Shown one piece after another: positions 63,254 to 64,000 of a DNA stretch of 64,000 nucleotides. The notes beneath the pieces were generated by a model. That model saw only the letters and a program-made list of their open reading frames with translations, was not told the DNA's origin and did no database searches. Each line of letters opens with the position of its first letter. The first letter of the stretch is position 1. Source of the DNA: a virus (lineage: Duplodnaviria > Caudoviricetes). The DNA lies in the IMG/VR virus record IMGVR_UViG_3300032283_000554, positions 1-64,000 of that record; one strand, given 5' to 3'. The position numbers and the translations under genes were made by a program.

Positions 63254-63299
63254 TAAAACTTAATAAACCCACTAAACCCACAACGAAAGAAGGCAACAA

Positions 63300-63722
63300 A
63301 TGGCACGACAGAAAGCAATTAGCGTTAAAATCGCAACACCAAAGGTAATCAAGGCACTCGAAACTGCACTAGCAAAGTTAGAGGCAGATTACGCATCACA
63401 AGAAGCAAACGAAGCAAAGTATCAGAAATTGCATGAGAAATGGATTAAGGAACTTTCAGCCTATGCGGTGGAAAACATCAAGAAGGCAGAAAACTTCCGT
63501 ACTAACTATCGCTCATGGAATAACACTCTAAACATTGACTTCGATTTGACAGTATTAGCAAAGGATTTGCCAACAGAGCCTGAAAAGGATTTCGAGTCAA
63601 TTTCTCTCTATAACTATCGTGAGCAGAAAGAGGAAATCTCTAATGCTATTCGTATTCTAAAGATGACAGATGAGGAAGTAGTTAGCACAAGCACTTACAA
63701 TGCGGTTGCTCGTTACCTCTAA
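63300..63722 (+). CDS. Hypothetical protein
   Basis: 140 aa; AACGAAAGAAGG RBS. Confidence 0.75.
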   Translation: MARQKAISVKIATPKVIKALETALAKLEADYASQEANEAKYQKLHEKWIKELSAYAVENIKKAENFRTNYRSWNNTLNIDFDLTVLAKDLPTEPEKDFESISLYNYREQKEEISNAIRILKMTDEEVVSTSTYNAVARYL

Positions 63723-63792
63723 ATAATCCAACAACCTGAGTATGTTGCTAAACTGCTCTCCTTTCGGGGACAACTACTAACAAAGGCAAATA

Positions 63793-64000
63793 ATGAAAAA
63801 TCGTTTCAGAGTAGAAATCTATGATGCAAACAAGAGTAATGATGTAACAATTTATTCAGAGCAAGGTGTAGATAAAGAATACTTAACTGAGTTAGCATTC
63901 TCTAATAGAGGAAATTTCTTAGGTGATGTACGTGCTTATGTCTATGATACTTTAAAGAAGACTAAAACAACTGCTCTTTACCTCCCGTCCGAAGTTATTA
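63793..64000 (+). CDS. Hypothetical protein (runs off window)
   Basis: MKNRFRVEIYDANK... open to 64000; AAAGG RBS. Confidence 0.6.
   Translation, partial: MKNRFRVEIYDANKSNDVTIYSEQGVDKEYLTELAFSNRGNFLGDVRAYVYDTLKKTKTTALYLPSEVI

Noticed and set aside
1-64000. Stop-codon reassignment
   Set aside because: The standard code gives full-length genes with near-complete coding density; TAA, TAG and TGA all terminate genes

Overview
This 64 kb, AT-rich window is part of a large tailed (siphovirus-like) dsDNA phage genome. The host is most plausibly an actinobacterium (inference from GAAAGG RBSs, leaderless promoters, a GTTTCACGTGAAAC parS, GACAC and CRP motifs, and a GP88-family gene). Positions 1-52.7 kb are on the minus strand. 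In coordinate order they hold the tail-tip genes (including an unlisted Cys-rich FN3/TSP1-like ORF running off the left edge), a 4572-aa tape measure protein carrying enzyme-like cargo (two HipA/PI3K-like kinases, a putative H-Y-E ADP-ribosyltransferase), a frameshifted tail chaperone, and the major tail, neck, capsid, protease and portal genes. Next come a LamG protein and a cluster of six 2OG-Fe(II) oxygenases, two DUF6065-like proteins and a methyltransferase lying directly downstream of an FN3-like protein with a ~125-aa Pro/Phe repeat tail. Fibre genes, a holin-like protein with an EF-hand loop and a class II RNR follow. Positions 52.8-57.2 kb hold a lytic transglycosylase, a TylF methyltransferase, a seventh oxygenase, a candidate sRNA, a parS site and tRNA-Ile(UAU). 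Positions 57.5-64 kb are plus-strand early microprotein operons driven by eight TGTCAG-N10-TANNNT promoters, whose intergenic regions carry paired DnaA boxes, CRP palindromes and GACAC motifs. The best candidates for undescribed systems are (1) the Pro/Phe-repeat protein with its oxygenase tailoring cluster, (2) the host-regulator operator array (DnaA/ParB/CRP/WhiA), and (3) the effector-loaded TMP polyprotein. All domain calls are by-eye motif recognition, and no searches were run.
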